This document shows positions 12,041 to 24,430 of a stretch of 64,000 nucleotides of DNA, one piece after another. The stretch comes from Octopus bimaculoides (Eukaryota): contig NC_068990.1 of assembly GCF_001194135.2 (NCBI RefSeq), positions 30,368,227 to 30,432,226 of the forward strand. The letters run 5' to 3'. Made by a program: the position numbers and the translations under genes. The notes under the pieces were generated by a model that was not told where the DNA came from, did not search any database, and was given only the letters and a program-made list of their open reading frames with translations. Position 1 is the first letter of the stretch. Every line of letters begins with the position of its first letter.

Positions 12041-13609
12041 GAAAGTTGTAAGGAAAAAAACCAAGGTGCTTTTATGGCTGTAAGAGTTGTCCTCATTTCA
12101 AGAAGACGAGACCCTTTGTATCTTATCACCACCATCATCATCACTTCTATTTCTGCAACATCCATCTTGTTTTATATAAAATAGTTCAGCTTTGGGGAGA
12201 AAAAAATTGATGGATGTGACACAATGAAAGTGATGAGAAGTAATATATCAGGCAGGTTTAATGCGTTTAGACTATTGAGTCTAAACCAGGAGCCACATGA
12301 CCCTTGTGGGTCCTTATTAGATTTTACTGTTAACGTTTTGGTATATTAGATTAGTTATACTTTTACAATACACAAAATATTGTAACAATTTTTTTTAAAA
12401 ATAAAGTTCCTAGTAATATTTAATTATAAAAATATAATAGGATATTTTAAAACATTGAACGGTTAGGAGAGTCCATTAGAGTGAAATAGGGGTGAAAGGG
12501 GTCCAATGGGGAAAAGATGATTGTGAACCACTGGTTTAGATACTTGGGATGGGTTAGCCTTGTAAGTAGTAAGATTAACCAATGGGTTAGTTCAGCATTG
12601 AGTCTGTGATTACAAGGGGGTTAGAAAGTGGGAGTCTGTCTTAGAAAAAATGTTGTCAAGTGGATGCACTTTTCCTAGCATCTGTGTGGCTGCACCAATC
12701 TAGATGTAAGAATGGTTGTGTGGTAGTGTATTTCTTCATGAACTGGTGACCAGCGCATGGATAGATAAGAAACATTGTTAGGCTCATAAAAGGGATACTC
12801 AGCCTTATGTTGAAATAGGTTTTCCATGAAAAGTTAAAAGGAAATTTGTAAAGCTTTAGTTGAAAGATTACTATCTAATTCTGGGTCTGAGTTAGGATTA
12901 AACACATTGCATCCCTGGTCACCTGTTTTTTTCTTCTTCTAAATGTATCAAATCCTTCATTATTCAGTGTGATCATTACTTCTTAAACAGTTGGGTGGGA
13001 TTTGAGGAAGATATTGTTGCTATTTCTTACCGGCTGAGCTGCACATGACTGTATATTGGGCCAGTAGTGTTCCATTTTGTGTTTGTTAAACCATCTTCTC
13101 TTCTTATTCTTATATCTTATACGATACACAAATTAGGGTAAAGTGGATGGCTTATTCCTTTTCAAAATGATAAAATAATATTTAATAAATATTATTTCTA
13201 ATTTAAAATGGAGCAAACTTTTTTAAAAGTAACTTTTAAAGATGTCTACCTTATGTTGAAATACACATTCCGTGATTCTGCTGTGATTAGGTTTGCCAAC
13301 GAACAGGACTGTTACCATCTGTGTAATCTCCATTCTTCCTGTCAAGTTACCATCTGTATTGTCTTAATGTGTACACATGCACAAAAATATACACCCACAC
13401 TTTCTCTACATATCTACACACATACGCACACATCTATACTTTAACTATGGGGTTAATCATTTACATATAAGCAGACACAATAACTTTTACTGGTTTTAAT
13501 ATTCTAGTTCCTAATTCAAAATGTTTATCATCAGTACACACGCGTGAATGTATATCTGTTTGTTCATACACACAAACACCCACACTCACACACACTTTTA
13601 TGCAAGCTT

Positions 13610-14050
13610 GAAAAATTCGCGTACCTTTCCTTCATTGGACACTAAACTCCGCTTGCGAAGACCTGTTGAGGCAAGTGAAATTGAAACCAAACTAAATTTG
13701 ACGACTTGCACCCATGCCAACATTGTCTCCTTCATTGGACACGAAACTCAGCTTGCGAAGACTTATTGGGGCAAGCGAAATCGGGATGGCACCTGTGCCC
13801 AGCGTCGCCTTTCTGGCACTTGTGCCCATGGCATGTGTAAGGACTTTCGAGCGAGATCGTTGCCAGTGCCCCTGGACTGGCTCTTGTGCGGGTGGTACAT
13901 AAAATATACCATTTTGAGCGTAGCCGTTGCCAGNNNNNNNNNNNNNNAATCAGATTGGAGCCTGGTGTAGCCATCTGGTTTCACCAGTCCTCAGTCAAAT
14001 CGTCCAACCCATGCTAGCATGGAAAGCAGACGTTAAACGATGATGATGAT
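13610..14050 (+). mobile_element. SINE family C copy (internal tandem units, shared core, tail ccatgc.agcatggaaa.cggacgttaaac(gat)n)
   Basis: Duplicated 100-bp head, ggtgg..c.taaaa..acc unit and (gat)n tail; CpG-rich. The core is missing at the 14-N gap. Confidence 0.85.
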
Positions 14051-14112
14051 GACACACACACACACACACACACTCACTCACTCACTCACTCACTCACTCA
14101 CTCACTCACTCA

Positions 14113-14158
<46 letters not shown>
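14040..14158. repeat. Compound microsatellite (GAT)n(CA)n(CACT)n(CT)n
   Basis: Read directly from the sequence. Confidence 0.95.
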
Positions 14159-14553
14159 ATCCTCCCATCACCTGACCTAAAGCCAGCTCCTTCAATACTC
14201 CTCTTACCCTCAGTTGCGGAGTGTCTTGTGAGCTCTATGGTGACCTCTCTATTGCCAGTACTCCATAAAATCACTGAGTAAAGTCTGAAGTGGTTGGCAT
14301 TAGGAAGTGCATCCAGCTGTGGAGGCCATGCCAAAACAAAAAAAATGGGGCTCAATGCAATCCTCTGGTTTGCCAGCCTCCTATTAAACTGCTTGGCCTG
14401 TGCTAGCATGTAATATGGCCATTGAATGATGATGACTTGCACATGCTCCAGCATGGCCGCAGTCAAATGACAGAAACAAGTAAAAAAAGAAGAGTACACA
14501 CACACATTCATATTATACAAATATAAATTGATCCTTATGATTTCCCTCACTGG

Positions 14554-14616
<63 letters not shown>

Positions 14617-15421
14617 ATATTTTTGGCTATTTATTTTTTATTAGTAATAATAGGTGAAGATTATCCAAAGGGTTTTAGCTGAATCTGTTGCCGGACTGAT
14701 TGTAGCAAAGATGTTTATATATAGAGGGTGTATTTTAGTAAATTTCATATATGGAAGCTACTACTGCCAATGAAAGATAAGTTGCTGAAAATATCTCCCA
14801 CTAATCATATGTTTGTGAGGATTCAGTAGAAACATCTTTGATAGTAAGAATAACAGAAACAACAGGAAGTAGTTTCCTTATCATAAAATGTACTCTCCCA
14901 CACCCTGTACTTGGTGAAAAATAGGTAACACATATNNNNNNNNNNNNNNNNNNNNNNNNNNNNNNNNNNNNNNNNNNNNNNNNNNNNNNNNNNNNNNNNN
15001 NNNNNNNNNNNNNNNNNNNNNNNNNNNNNNNNNNNNNNNNNNNNNNNNNNNNNNNNNNNNNNNNNNNNNNNNNCCCGCAGCCATATATTTTCCCTCTGGA
15101 ATACTATTTTATGTTGTAAAAAAGAAATAAATAAATAGCAAGATTTCCAATTGTGTTGTATCTTGTAAGTGTAACAGTTATTTATTTGAAATGACAATTC
15201 TCTTTGGCTTTTGTCACAGCTTGTCTCTTTCTGTTATTATAAACAGCAGTTATTTGGTTGGTAAATCATTTATTTTACTAACTTCAGTTTCTTTAACTAT
15301 TATTGTGGGTTAGTCCTTTCACTCAACCATGACTAAGTTGGTTTGTTGTCTTCAGGTGTTGCAGTGATGACATCTTGTCCTCTCTGTTTCAGATATAGTG
15401 TAGGTTTTGTAGGGTTTGGAG

Positions 15422-15579
15422 CAGTGTTTTTCAAACTTTTTTCAAACTGAAGGGGTGGGACCCACACTTTGGAAAACACTGGTTTATATTCTGCACTTTG
15501 TACCCACTTGTGTTTCTTTTTCTTTCCTTTTTTGTTGCGATCCAGTGAAGGGTCGGGACCCATAGTTTGAAAAACACTG
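15422..15579. mobile_element. hAT-like MITE with a 16-bp TIR and 8-bp TSD
   Basis: cagtgtttttcaaact / agtttgaaaaacactg is a perfect inverted repeat; flanks gtttggag / gtttagag. Confidence 0.8.
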
Positions 15580-16529
15580 GTTTAGAGGATGCCATTTGAC
15601 AGATTCAGCTGCTGTGTCTTGAAGACCAAGCAACTATGCAGGTGTTTTCTTGGTAGCTCAGATGAAATGTATAGGTTCCACACTCACTCAATTCACAGTT
15701 GAATGGTTAACCTGTGTGTGTGTCTGTGTGTGAGGCAAGTAAATACACAAGGGTTTGGATATGAAGGTTGCCAGATTTGAGTTGTGTGTTTATCTTGTGC
15801 TTAATGAAATAGTTTTCTAAGGTTGACGATGGGTGGGGGTGGGGTGACGGCTGCTTAAATCGTCATATCTTTCCTTTTCCTCCTCACAGCAAAGAAATAT
15901 CTGAAAAGGCTGTTTATTATCATTAGGAAACAAAATTAAGAAAACACACAATAATATTAAACCTCCAATTTTAATTTTGTTCTTTGTTGTCTTTATCTTG
16001 CAAACGTTGTCTTCAGTCATTCCCTTTTGTTAAGATTATCAGGCTTGTCAATAATAATAATAATAATAATAATAAAAAGTATGCCTCATGCTAGGTGTTA
16101 AATCATTGACAATAACTGAATTAGGAATTTCCTTTCTAATTAACCAGCTATAATTAACTGTCAACTTTCCTGTGTTATATTGTCAACGAAGGTTTCTTTT
16201 GTTAAATGAGGGTCTACTCACTGGAACAGGACACCATGTTTTTCAGAATTTCTTAAAACATTGTTTCAGAGTTTCTTTCAGAAGAGAAGCAGTCTTTCCT
16301 GACAAATGATTCATGTCTGGTTAACATTTTTGTATTTAATGAGGGTTAGGGTGAGTGTAGAGTTAATATCTTTTAAATGTTTTTTGTTTTATTTTTGTTT
16401 TGATGGAAATTACAGATTTACTTTATTGGGAATGAAATAAAAGTGAATTTTGAAGAGATATAGGTATTTTAAAGACTCTTTAGAGGCCTATTGTTGTCAA
16501 GCATTAAGAATAGATATATGCATGCATAG

Positions 16530-16862
16530 ACATGGCTGTGTGGTAAGAAGCTTGCTTCCCAATCACACAGTTTCCAGGTTTGGTCCCACTGTGTGACATC
16601 TTGGCAAATGACTTCTTTTGTAGCCTCGGGCTGACCAAAGCCTTGTGAGTGGATTTGGCAGACGGAAAGTGGAAGAAGCCTATAGGTGTTGGTGCGTTTA
16701 CTTCCCTGTAACTTAGCAGTTTGGCAAAAGAAACTGATAGAATAAATACAGGCTTAGAATAAAAAAATGTTCTAGTCAGTTCTTTCAACTAAAAATTGGG
16801 GATGGGGGACAGTGCCCCAACATGGCCATGGTCTAATGACTCAAATAAGTAAAAGATAAAAG
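16530..16862 (+). mobile_element. SINE family B copy lacking the internal microsatellite
   Basis: Co-linear with 45635-46040. Confidence 0.85.
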
Positions 16863-17883
16863 GTGTGTGTGTGTGTGTGTGNNNNNNNNNNNNNNNNNNN
16901 NNNNNNNNNNNNNNNNNNNNNNNNNNNNNNNNNNNNNNNNNNNNNNNNNNNNNNNNNNNNNNNNNNNNNNNNNNNNNNNNNNNNNNNNNNNNNNNNNNNN
17001 NNNNNNNNNNNNNNNNNNNNNNNNNNNNNNNNNNNNNNNNNNNGGTGGGTGGGTTGGAGCAATTGTTTTTACAGCTGGTTGCTTTTACCTGCTGTGAACC
17101 ACTTGAATTGTAAAGTACCACTGGAGAGAGAGAGACACACACACACACACACGCACACACGCGCGCGCATTAAGCTGGTGTCACACCATTATTTGCAGAC
17201 AGAGACTGTTTTACTTCCAATAAGAAGTTTGAGGAGTGGTTGCCCATAACTTTTATAGGTTTCTTTTCCAGACTAGTGAGTTTGATTCCTCTGATAAAAC
17301 CAGTCTAAACATCTGCAGGCCAGAGCCTGCAGGAAAATTATGGCTTAGGAGAAAATGGGTGAAAGCTTGAGCAGAAGGAATTTTTTTTTGAAGACTCACC
17401 ATAACTAAAGGGTGGTGTTCAACAGGGAAAGGCATTAGGCCTTAAGTGGCGATATAGAGTTGGTAGGTTAATATTCCTGAATCTTCATGTATATCCAGTG
17501 CGTGTGTGTGTGTGTGTGTGTGCATGCGTGTGTGGTTTGGTGGTCAGGGTATTTGGCTGCTCACAATTGTAAGGTGGTAGGTTCAGTTCTTGGACCAAAT
17601 GCCGCATAGTCCTTTAAATAAATGCACATTTCCTATTGTTCCAGTTTGCTCAGCTAAATATGAATACCAGCCAACTGCTGCAAGTGTAACTCTCTCTCTC
17701 TCTCCCTCCAGCAAGCACGAGAGGGTTACAATGGTTGTAATGCAGGTGCCTGGTGTACCCTCATCAGACAGGTAGTCATGATGGGTATACTGTACTTCAT
17801 AGATTTGTACTCCCCCCACTGTGCCACTTTGATGGTGTGTGCTGCTCTCTCACTAATAATAATAATGATAATAATAATAATAA

Positions 17884-18990
17884 TGGTTTCAAATTATGCC
17901 TCAAGGGCAGCAATTTTTTGGGGGGAAGGGATGAGTCAATGACATTGATCCCCAGTGTTCAACTGGTACTTATTTTATTGACCCTGAAAGAATGAAAGGT
18001 AAAGTTGACCTTGGCAGAATTTTAATAATAATAATAACAATAATAATAATAATGGGATGTGCAGCAGGTGAGGCAGTGGAAATTTCCGTGAAACTATTAA
18101 ATGTCAAATAATAATAATTCTTTGTAATTTTGGCACAGGGCCAACACATTTGAGGGAAGGGGCTTAATCGATTACATCAACCCCCAGTACTCAACTGGGT
18201 CACAAAAAGGAAAAAAGGCAAAATTGACCTCAGCAGAATTTGAACTCAGAATGTAAAGAGCTGGCAAGAAATGCTGCTAAGCATTTTGTCTGCTGTGCTA
18301 TCAGTTGTATCAGCTCATCTCGTTATTAATAATAACACTTTTTTTTGTAATTTTGACTCTAGGCCAATAATTTTAGTGGCCAAGTGATTAGTTGATTGCA
18401 TCAACTTCACTGCTCAATTTTATCAACCCTGAAAGGATGAAAGGCAAAGTCGATTTTGGTTGTATTTGAACTCAAACATAATGTGCTGATAGAAATGCTG
18501 CCAAGCGTTTTGTCTGGCACACTAACAATTCTGCTATGTCACCACCTTCATAATAATCCTTTCTACTCTAGGCACAAAGCCTGGAAAATTTGGAGCGATG
18601 GGGCAGGTGCTCCAGTGCACAACTGGTATTCTATTGACCCTGAAAAGATGTAGGGCAAAGTGAACCATAGCGGAATTTGAACTCACAACATAGAGATGAA
18701 GCTAAGCATTTTGCCCTGTGTGCAAACGATTCTGTCAGCTTGCCACCTTTATATTAATAATAATAGTAATAATAATAATAATAGTAATAATAATTATTTC
18801 TACTATAGGCACAGGGCTTGAAATTTGGAGGGAGGGTCTAAGTTGATTACATCAACCCCAGTGCGTAACTGGTACTTATTTCATCAACCCTAAAAGGATG
18901 AAAGGCAAAGTTGACCTCAGTCGAGTTTGAACTCAGAACGTAGCGACGGGTGAAATGCTACTAAGCATAATGATTCTGCCAACTCGCCTT
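17884..18990 (-). mobile_element. Array of 5 same-orientation SINE family A copies
   Basis: Copies at ~17884, 18118, 18340, 18552 and 18795, each separated by (aat)n. Confidence 0.9.
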
Positions 18991-19731
18991 ATAATAATAA
19001 AGGAAAAATTACACAAGTGCTAGGATTATTTGTTTCCTTGGTCACTATAATAAAAACTTCATTTTCTCAAGCACCCTCTAGAGGTGAGTGTGGTTTAAGC
19101 GCTTGACTCTGTAACAGTCATGGCAAAATTCTCCCCCACCCACATACAATTTCTTCATAAGAATAAATTTTTGATTTCAACTAACATTTGGATTTTTAAT
19201 GACCTGAAGTTAACTTCTACTTAACAACAATGTATTTTTAAAGAATTTGCAAAATAATAATAAAGAAAAAATATCTGAATTCATGAAGAAAATGTATAAC
19301 ATGTCATAAGAGGAACCATTTTTGTTTCAAACTAGTCATTCCTTGATAGGCTGGGGGTGGGCATGGAACAAAATGGTTTTAATGACCTATATAAAAATGC
19401 CACTTGTCACTAACTGCTCATTTTTAGTTGCATTTCAACGTCTCTCTCTTTTCACTTCCTTTTCTATTTTCTTTTCTTTCTTCTTCTTCTGTCCCTAAAA
19501 CCTGCCTTGTCTACAGTTCCTCTTAGCTAGCTAGTGTGTGTGCGTGTGCATGTGTGTGTACGTGTGCTTGTGTAGTTCTATTTAGCAGCAGCTACCATTA
19601 TTCTGTGTCAACTCTTGTCTGACACATGACAAGAGTATGTTGGACTGTGCTGCTGCATCATTCTCAAACTCACACACCCTAGCCAACAATATTTCATCTA
19701 TGTGAATGTATATACTATGTACATCTTACCA

Positions 19732-19767
<36 letters not shown>

Positions 19768-20400
19768 ACATATATATATATACACATACATGCACACACA
19801 AAACGTTTATGAAACTGGGATAGAAATATAGTTTAAATATTTTTTTCTCTCATATTGAAAACCTTTTACTGTTTGTCATGTTGCATATTCAGTAATTATG
19901 TCAATATATATAATAGCAAGAAGGGTTGAAAAAGTTAAATGTATTTAAAATGATGATGATAATAATGTTAATTGAAGTTGAAGGAACTCTGTAGTTCTTC
20001 TGTAACAATGGACCTGAGCAAAGTTCTCTGACTCATTTCAATTCACAACCGCCTTTATATAAACAGAAGACAGTTTGGCCAACTGTGTTAGTCATTAGCA
20101 AATTTCTACACTTGCACTAAAGGCTCTCTTTTCTTTTCTTTTTTTTCCATTTTGTTTTTGTGGGTGGGTAAAGTTTGCTGGCACTTTTCTTTCAGTAGAT
20201 AATTCTTTAATTAATATCAGTACACTAGGTTATTCTTAACTAATCAGACTATGTATTCTAAACGATGGTACCACAGCAAAGGAACTGTTGTGCCCAAAGC
20301 TGTTTGGTTTAAACATTAGCACCCAAAACAATATTAATCAGTTTACCGTTACTAGTTTTAAAGTTAAGATGGAAATTAAATATTATACGAGGGGAAACTT

Positions 20401-20404
20401 GTGT

Positions 20405-20466
<62 letters not shown>

Positions 20467-20726
20467 NNNNNNNNNNNNNNNNNNNNNNNNNNNNNNNNNN
20501 NNNNNNNNNNNNNNNNNNNNNNNNNNNNNNNNNNNNNNNNNNNNNNNNNNNNNNNNNNNNNNNNNNNNNNNNNNNNNNNNNNNNNNNNNNNNNNNNNNNN
20601 NNNNNNNNNNNNNNNNNNNNNNNNNNNNNNNNNNNNNNNNNNNNNNNNNNNNNNNNNNNNNNNNNNNNNNNNNNNNNNNNNNNNNNNNNNNNNNNNNNNN
20701 NNNNNNNNNNNNNNNNNNNNNNNNNN

Positions 20727-20763
<37 letters not shown>
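20401..20763. repeat. (TG)n - N gap - (TA)n. Other long dinucleotide runs at 1437-1479, 14557-14612, 34771-34840 and 51258-51311; (CTA)n at 30517-30563
   Basis: Read directly from the sequence. Confidence 0.95.
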
Positions 20764-20767
<4 letters not shown>

Positions 20768-20899
20768 GAAATAAAGTATTTACATAGTCAACTGGTTTCA
20801 TTCGTGCTAATCATGACTAAGAAGTTAGTGATAATGTTACAATTTCATGCTATCATAAGTTTTCATTTCATGTTGGTAGGAGGAAGGATGTGAAGACCC

Positions 20900-21185
20900 A
20901 TGGTCTTGTGTGGTTAGGGATGTTGGGACTTGTGATTGTGACATTGTAGTTTTGAGTCTTAAACTCTGTGCATTGTGTTCTTGAGCTAAAACACTTCATG
21001 TTGCTCCAGTCCACTCAGCTGTAAATGGGTCACCCTGCTTTCTGATCAGGGGGGAAGGTGTTGGCCTGCTCACCTAACCAGCAGAGTGGCAGCAGTCAAA
21101 GGCTAAAACAATGTAAAAGTGCATTGTGACAAGTGATGTATAACTCTATCCAATAGTCTGGTTGATACTGTGATCACATGTCTAT
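20900..21185 (+). mobile_element. Copy of a further tRNA-SINE-like family
   Basis: tgtggttagggatgttgg head followed by gtgttcttgagctaaaacactt...gttgctccagtccactcagctg, a typical SINE post-tRNA segment. Confidence 0.55.
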
Positions 21186-21614
21186 ATAGTTAAGATGGAA
21201 AAGCTCTGTATGGTTGCCATCATTTAACATTGGTCTTCCATACAACCATGGGTGGAATGGCTCAACAGTGTCCAATGCGTCAAGGTGCTGTCAAGCGCCA
21301 GTATTTGCTTTAGTGTGGTTCCTGCAGTTGGACGCCCTTCATAGCACCAGTCATCATACTGTATGTACTGGGTGCCTTTTCATGGCACTAGAAAGGTTTG
21401 CAAATAACTTGCAAGAAAAAAGAAAAAGAAAAGCCCTTAGTGCTGAGGTGGTGATGGTGGTGGTGGCATTGTGCCAGGTGATGAGAATTCAAATTATGAT
21501 AGAGAGGCAGGAACAGGTGTTTCGCTGTAGGAGATACTACCTTGCATTATATAAGGGTGGGTGAAAGTAGCTGGAAAGATCTCTATATCTTTTATCTGTC
21601 TTTTATTTGTTTTT

Positions 21615-22150
21615 TAACTTGGCCATGCTGGAGCACCACCTTGAAGTGTTTTCGTCAAACAAGTTGAACCCTTTAGTGTTGAGATTGCTTCATCTGTTGC
21701 AATGTGTATTTCTTCACATCATTTTGAATTCATGTTGGATTATTTGTATCTTTGAGATTTCAATGATATGGTTATCTTTAAAATGACATTCTAGGGTAGG
21801 TGTGAGATGTCAGATGTGGCCAGTTTGGATATTGTGTAGAATATTTTGGTTGGATATGGCCAGTTTAAGTGCTAAAGGGATAAGTTTTCTTTTAAGATTG
21901 GTATTTATTCTATTGGGCTCATTTGCCAAACCACTAAGTTATAAGGATGCGAACAAAGCAACACCAGCTGTCAAACTGCAGTGAAAGAATGACAGACAGA
22001 CAGACATACACAAACATAACTTCCTCACAGTTTCTGTCTACTGAATTCATTCACAAGGCATTGGTCAGCCTAGGGCTATAATAGAAGACACTTACCAAAG
22101 GTGCTGTGCAGTGGGACTGAACCCCAAACCACAAGGTTGTGAAGCAAGCT
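21615..22150 (-). mobile_element. SINE family B copy interrupted by ~230 bp of unrelated sequence (~21665-21890)
   Basis: Tail ggccatgctggagcaccacc at ~21620; body and head at 21890-22150. Confidence 0.75.
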
Positions 22151-22654
22151 TCTTAAACTCTTAGTTGTACATGTGCCTTATATCTACAACCCCACTCACA
22201 TAAATTTATCCTGAAATTACTGATGTTGAGATGAAGTGAATCATTAAAGGTACTGACTGAAATATAATAGACTGGTTTCTAAATAGAACCAACTTGAGGT
22301 CCTTCCAGAATGGTTTTGTCTTTCATCTTTCCACTACTGACCAAAATCAATGATCAGTAATGGTATCCATGTTATTGATTAGATTCCATTCATTCAGTCA
22401 TTGATGTTGCATCTGTTTATGAAGACTTCTGCTTATTATTTATATTTATTATAAAGAGAGAGAAATAATACAGCCAGCCCTGGTTCAAATGTTATGGTTC
22501 TCCTGCATTCTGAATTCAGATCCCAAATTGGTCATCTTTCAACCTCTCAGGAGTTGATAAAGTAAATGCTAACCAAATTTTGGAGTTCATTAAATTAAGT
22601 GGACCCCTCTCCCAAAATTTGTGTTCTTCAACCTATATCAAAAATTATTATTAT

Positions 22655-23397
22655 TAATGCTTAGTGGTATTTTGGCCATTGCTACGTTCTGAGTTCAAAT
22701 TTTGCTGAGTTTGACTTTGCCTTTCATCCTTTTGGGGTCGATAAATTAAGTACCACATGAACACTGGGGTTGATGTAATTGACACATCCTCTCCCCCAAA
22801 ATGGCTGCCCTTGTGGCAAAATTTGAAGCCATTATTATTATTATTATTATATGCCAGGCAAAATGCTTAACAGTCGATGAAATGAATACCAGTTACGCAC
22901 TGGGGTCGATGTAATTGACTAATCCCTTCCCCCAAAATTTCAGGCCTTGTGCCTATCGTAGAAAGGATTATTATCATCATGATGATGAAAGAAGCCAGCT
23001 GACAGAATTGTTTGCACACTGGACAAATGCTCAATGGCATTTCATCAATCTCTTCATTCTGAGTTCAAATTCTGTCAAGGCTGACTTTGTCCTTCGTCTT
23101 TTTGGGATCAAGGAAATGAGTACCAGTTAAGCACTGGGGTCAATGTAATCAACTTGACACATTACCTTGAAAAATTTCAGGCCTTGTGCTTTTTGTAGAA
23201 AGGATTATTATGAGGGCTGAATCATTCGAGTGTTGGTAAAAATACCTTATGGCACTTTACATTTTGTGTTGAAATCTCACCAAAGTAAGCTTACTTTTAA
23301 TCTTAAAATGGGTTGATAAAATAAATACCAGTCAAATACTGGGTTAGTATAAATCACTCCACTCTCTCAGATATCTGGGTTTGTGCCTAAGAAAGAA
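22655..23397 (+). mobile_element. Array of about 4 same-orientation SINE family A copies
   Basis: ctgagttcaaattttgctgag...ggccttgtgcctatcgtagaaaggattatt repeated, with (att)n spacers. Confidence 0.85.
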
Positions 23398-24430
23398 ATC
23401 CTGAGATGGACACAAGCGGAGATTGACAAACTTGATTGCACTACCCGAAAGACAATGACAATGCATGGTGCCCTCCACTCTAAGGCAAATGTACACAGGT
23501 TCTATATGAAGAGAGGTAAAGGTGGATGTGGCCTGATTAGCATACAGGAGTGCATCAACAGTGAAAGAAAAAACATGGCAAAATATTTGGTAAACAGCAA
23601 ACAAGACATGCTACAATATGCTGCTGGTGCAGAAGGATTTAATAAAAATGGACTTGAGGGTGCTCATGAATTCTGAACAAGAACAGCCAACGAGAGAGAA
23701 ACCTTACTCCGTATGGAATTATATGGTTAGTTTCACCGTGAGACCAACAAATTAAAAGACCGGGAAGTATCATGGAAATGGCTTAACAAGAGTGACCTAC
23801 AAAAGAATACTGAATGCCTCATCATCACAGCCCAGGATCAGGCATTGAATAACAACTCGGTGAAAAAGAATATATACCACACAAGTGCAACGGACATCTG
23901 CAGAATGTGAGGGAAGAGGGTCGAAAGTGTGACTCACATTGTTAGTGCTTGTGAAAGTCTTGCGCAGAAAGAGTGCAAGCATAGACACGACAAAGTAGCC
24001 CAAAACCTCCACTGGCTACTATGTCGTAAGTATGGATATGAGGTTACGGGTGCTTGGTAGTAACATACACTGGAAAAGGTAATGAGCGAAAAGGGGAAGG
24101 CAAAAATCTTCTGGGACTTTGACTTCCATACAGACAAGGTATTAGAGCACCGAAGGCCAGATATTGTAACCTTTAGGAGGGTTGAACAAGAGTGCCGAAT
24201 AATGGATGTGGCAGTGCCTGGAGATCAACATACCACCATGAAAGAAAGAAAAAAAGGTTGATGAATATAGAGACCTGAGAATTGAGATTGCTAAGATGTG
24301 GCAGCTACGAGAGTCGAACATAGAGGTCATCCCTATTGTCCACCCAATCTGAAAAAAAAAACATTTGGAAACCTTAGATATACCTTACAATCTAGGTGTC
24401 TTGCAAAAGTCGGCATTACTTGGAACTGCT
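23398..24430 (+). mobile_element. 5'-truncated, decayed R4/Dong-clade (REL-endonuclease) non-LTR retrotransposon, C-terminal region
   Basis: ILRWTQAEIDKLDCTTRKTMTMHGALHSKANVHRFYMKRGKGGCGL; LIITAQDQAL; CCHC knuckle CRM*GKRVESVTHIVSAC; RHDKVAQNLHW; FWDFDFHTDKVLEHRRPDIV; MDVAVPGD; LQKSALLGTA. Contains stops and frameshifts. Confidence 0.9.

Noticed and set aside
17860-19000. Regularly spaced repeats superficially like a CRISPR or satellite array
   Set aside because: Units are ~200-bp diverged SINE copies in a eukaryotic intron, with no constant short repeat, unique spacers or cas genes.
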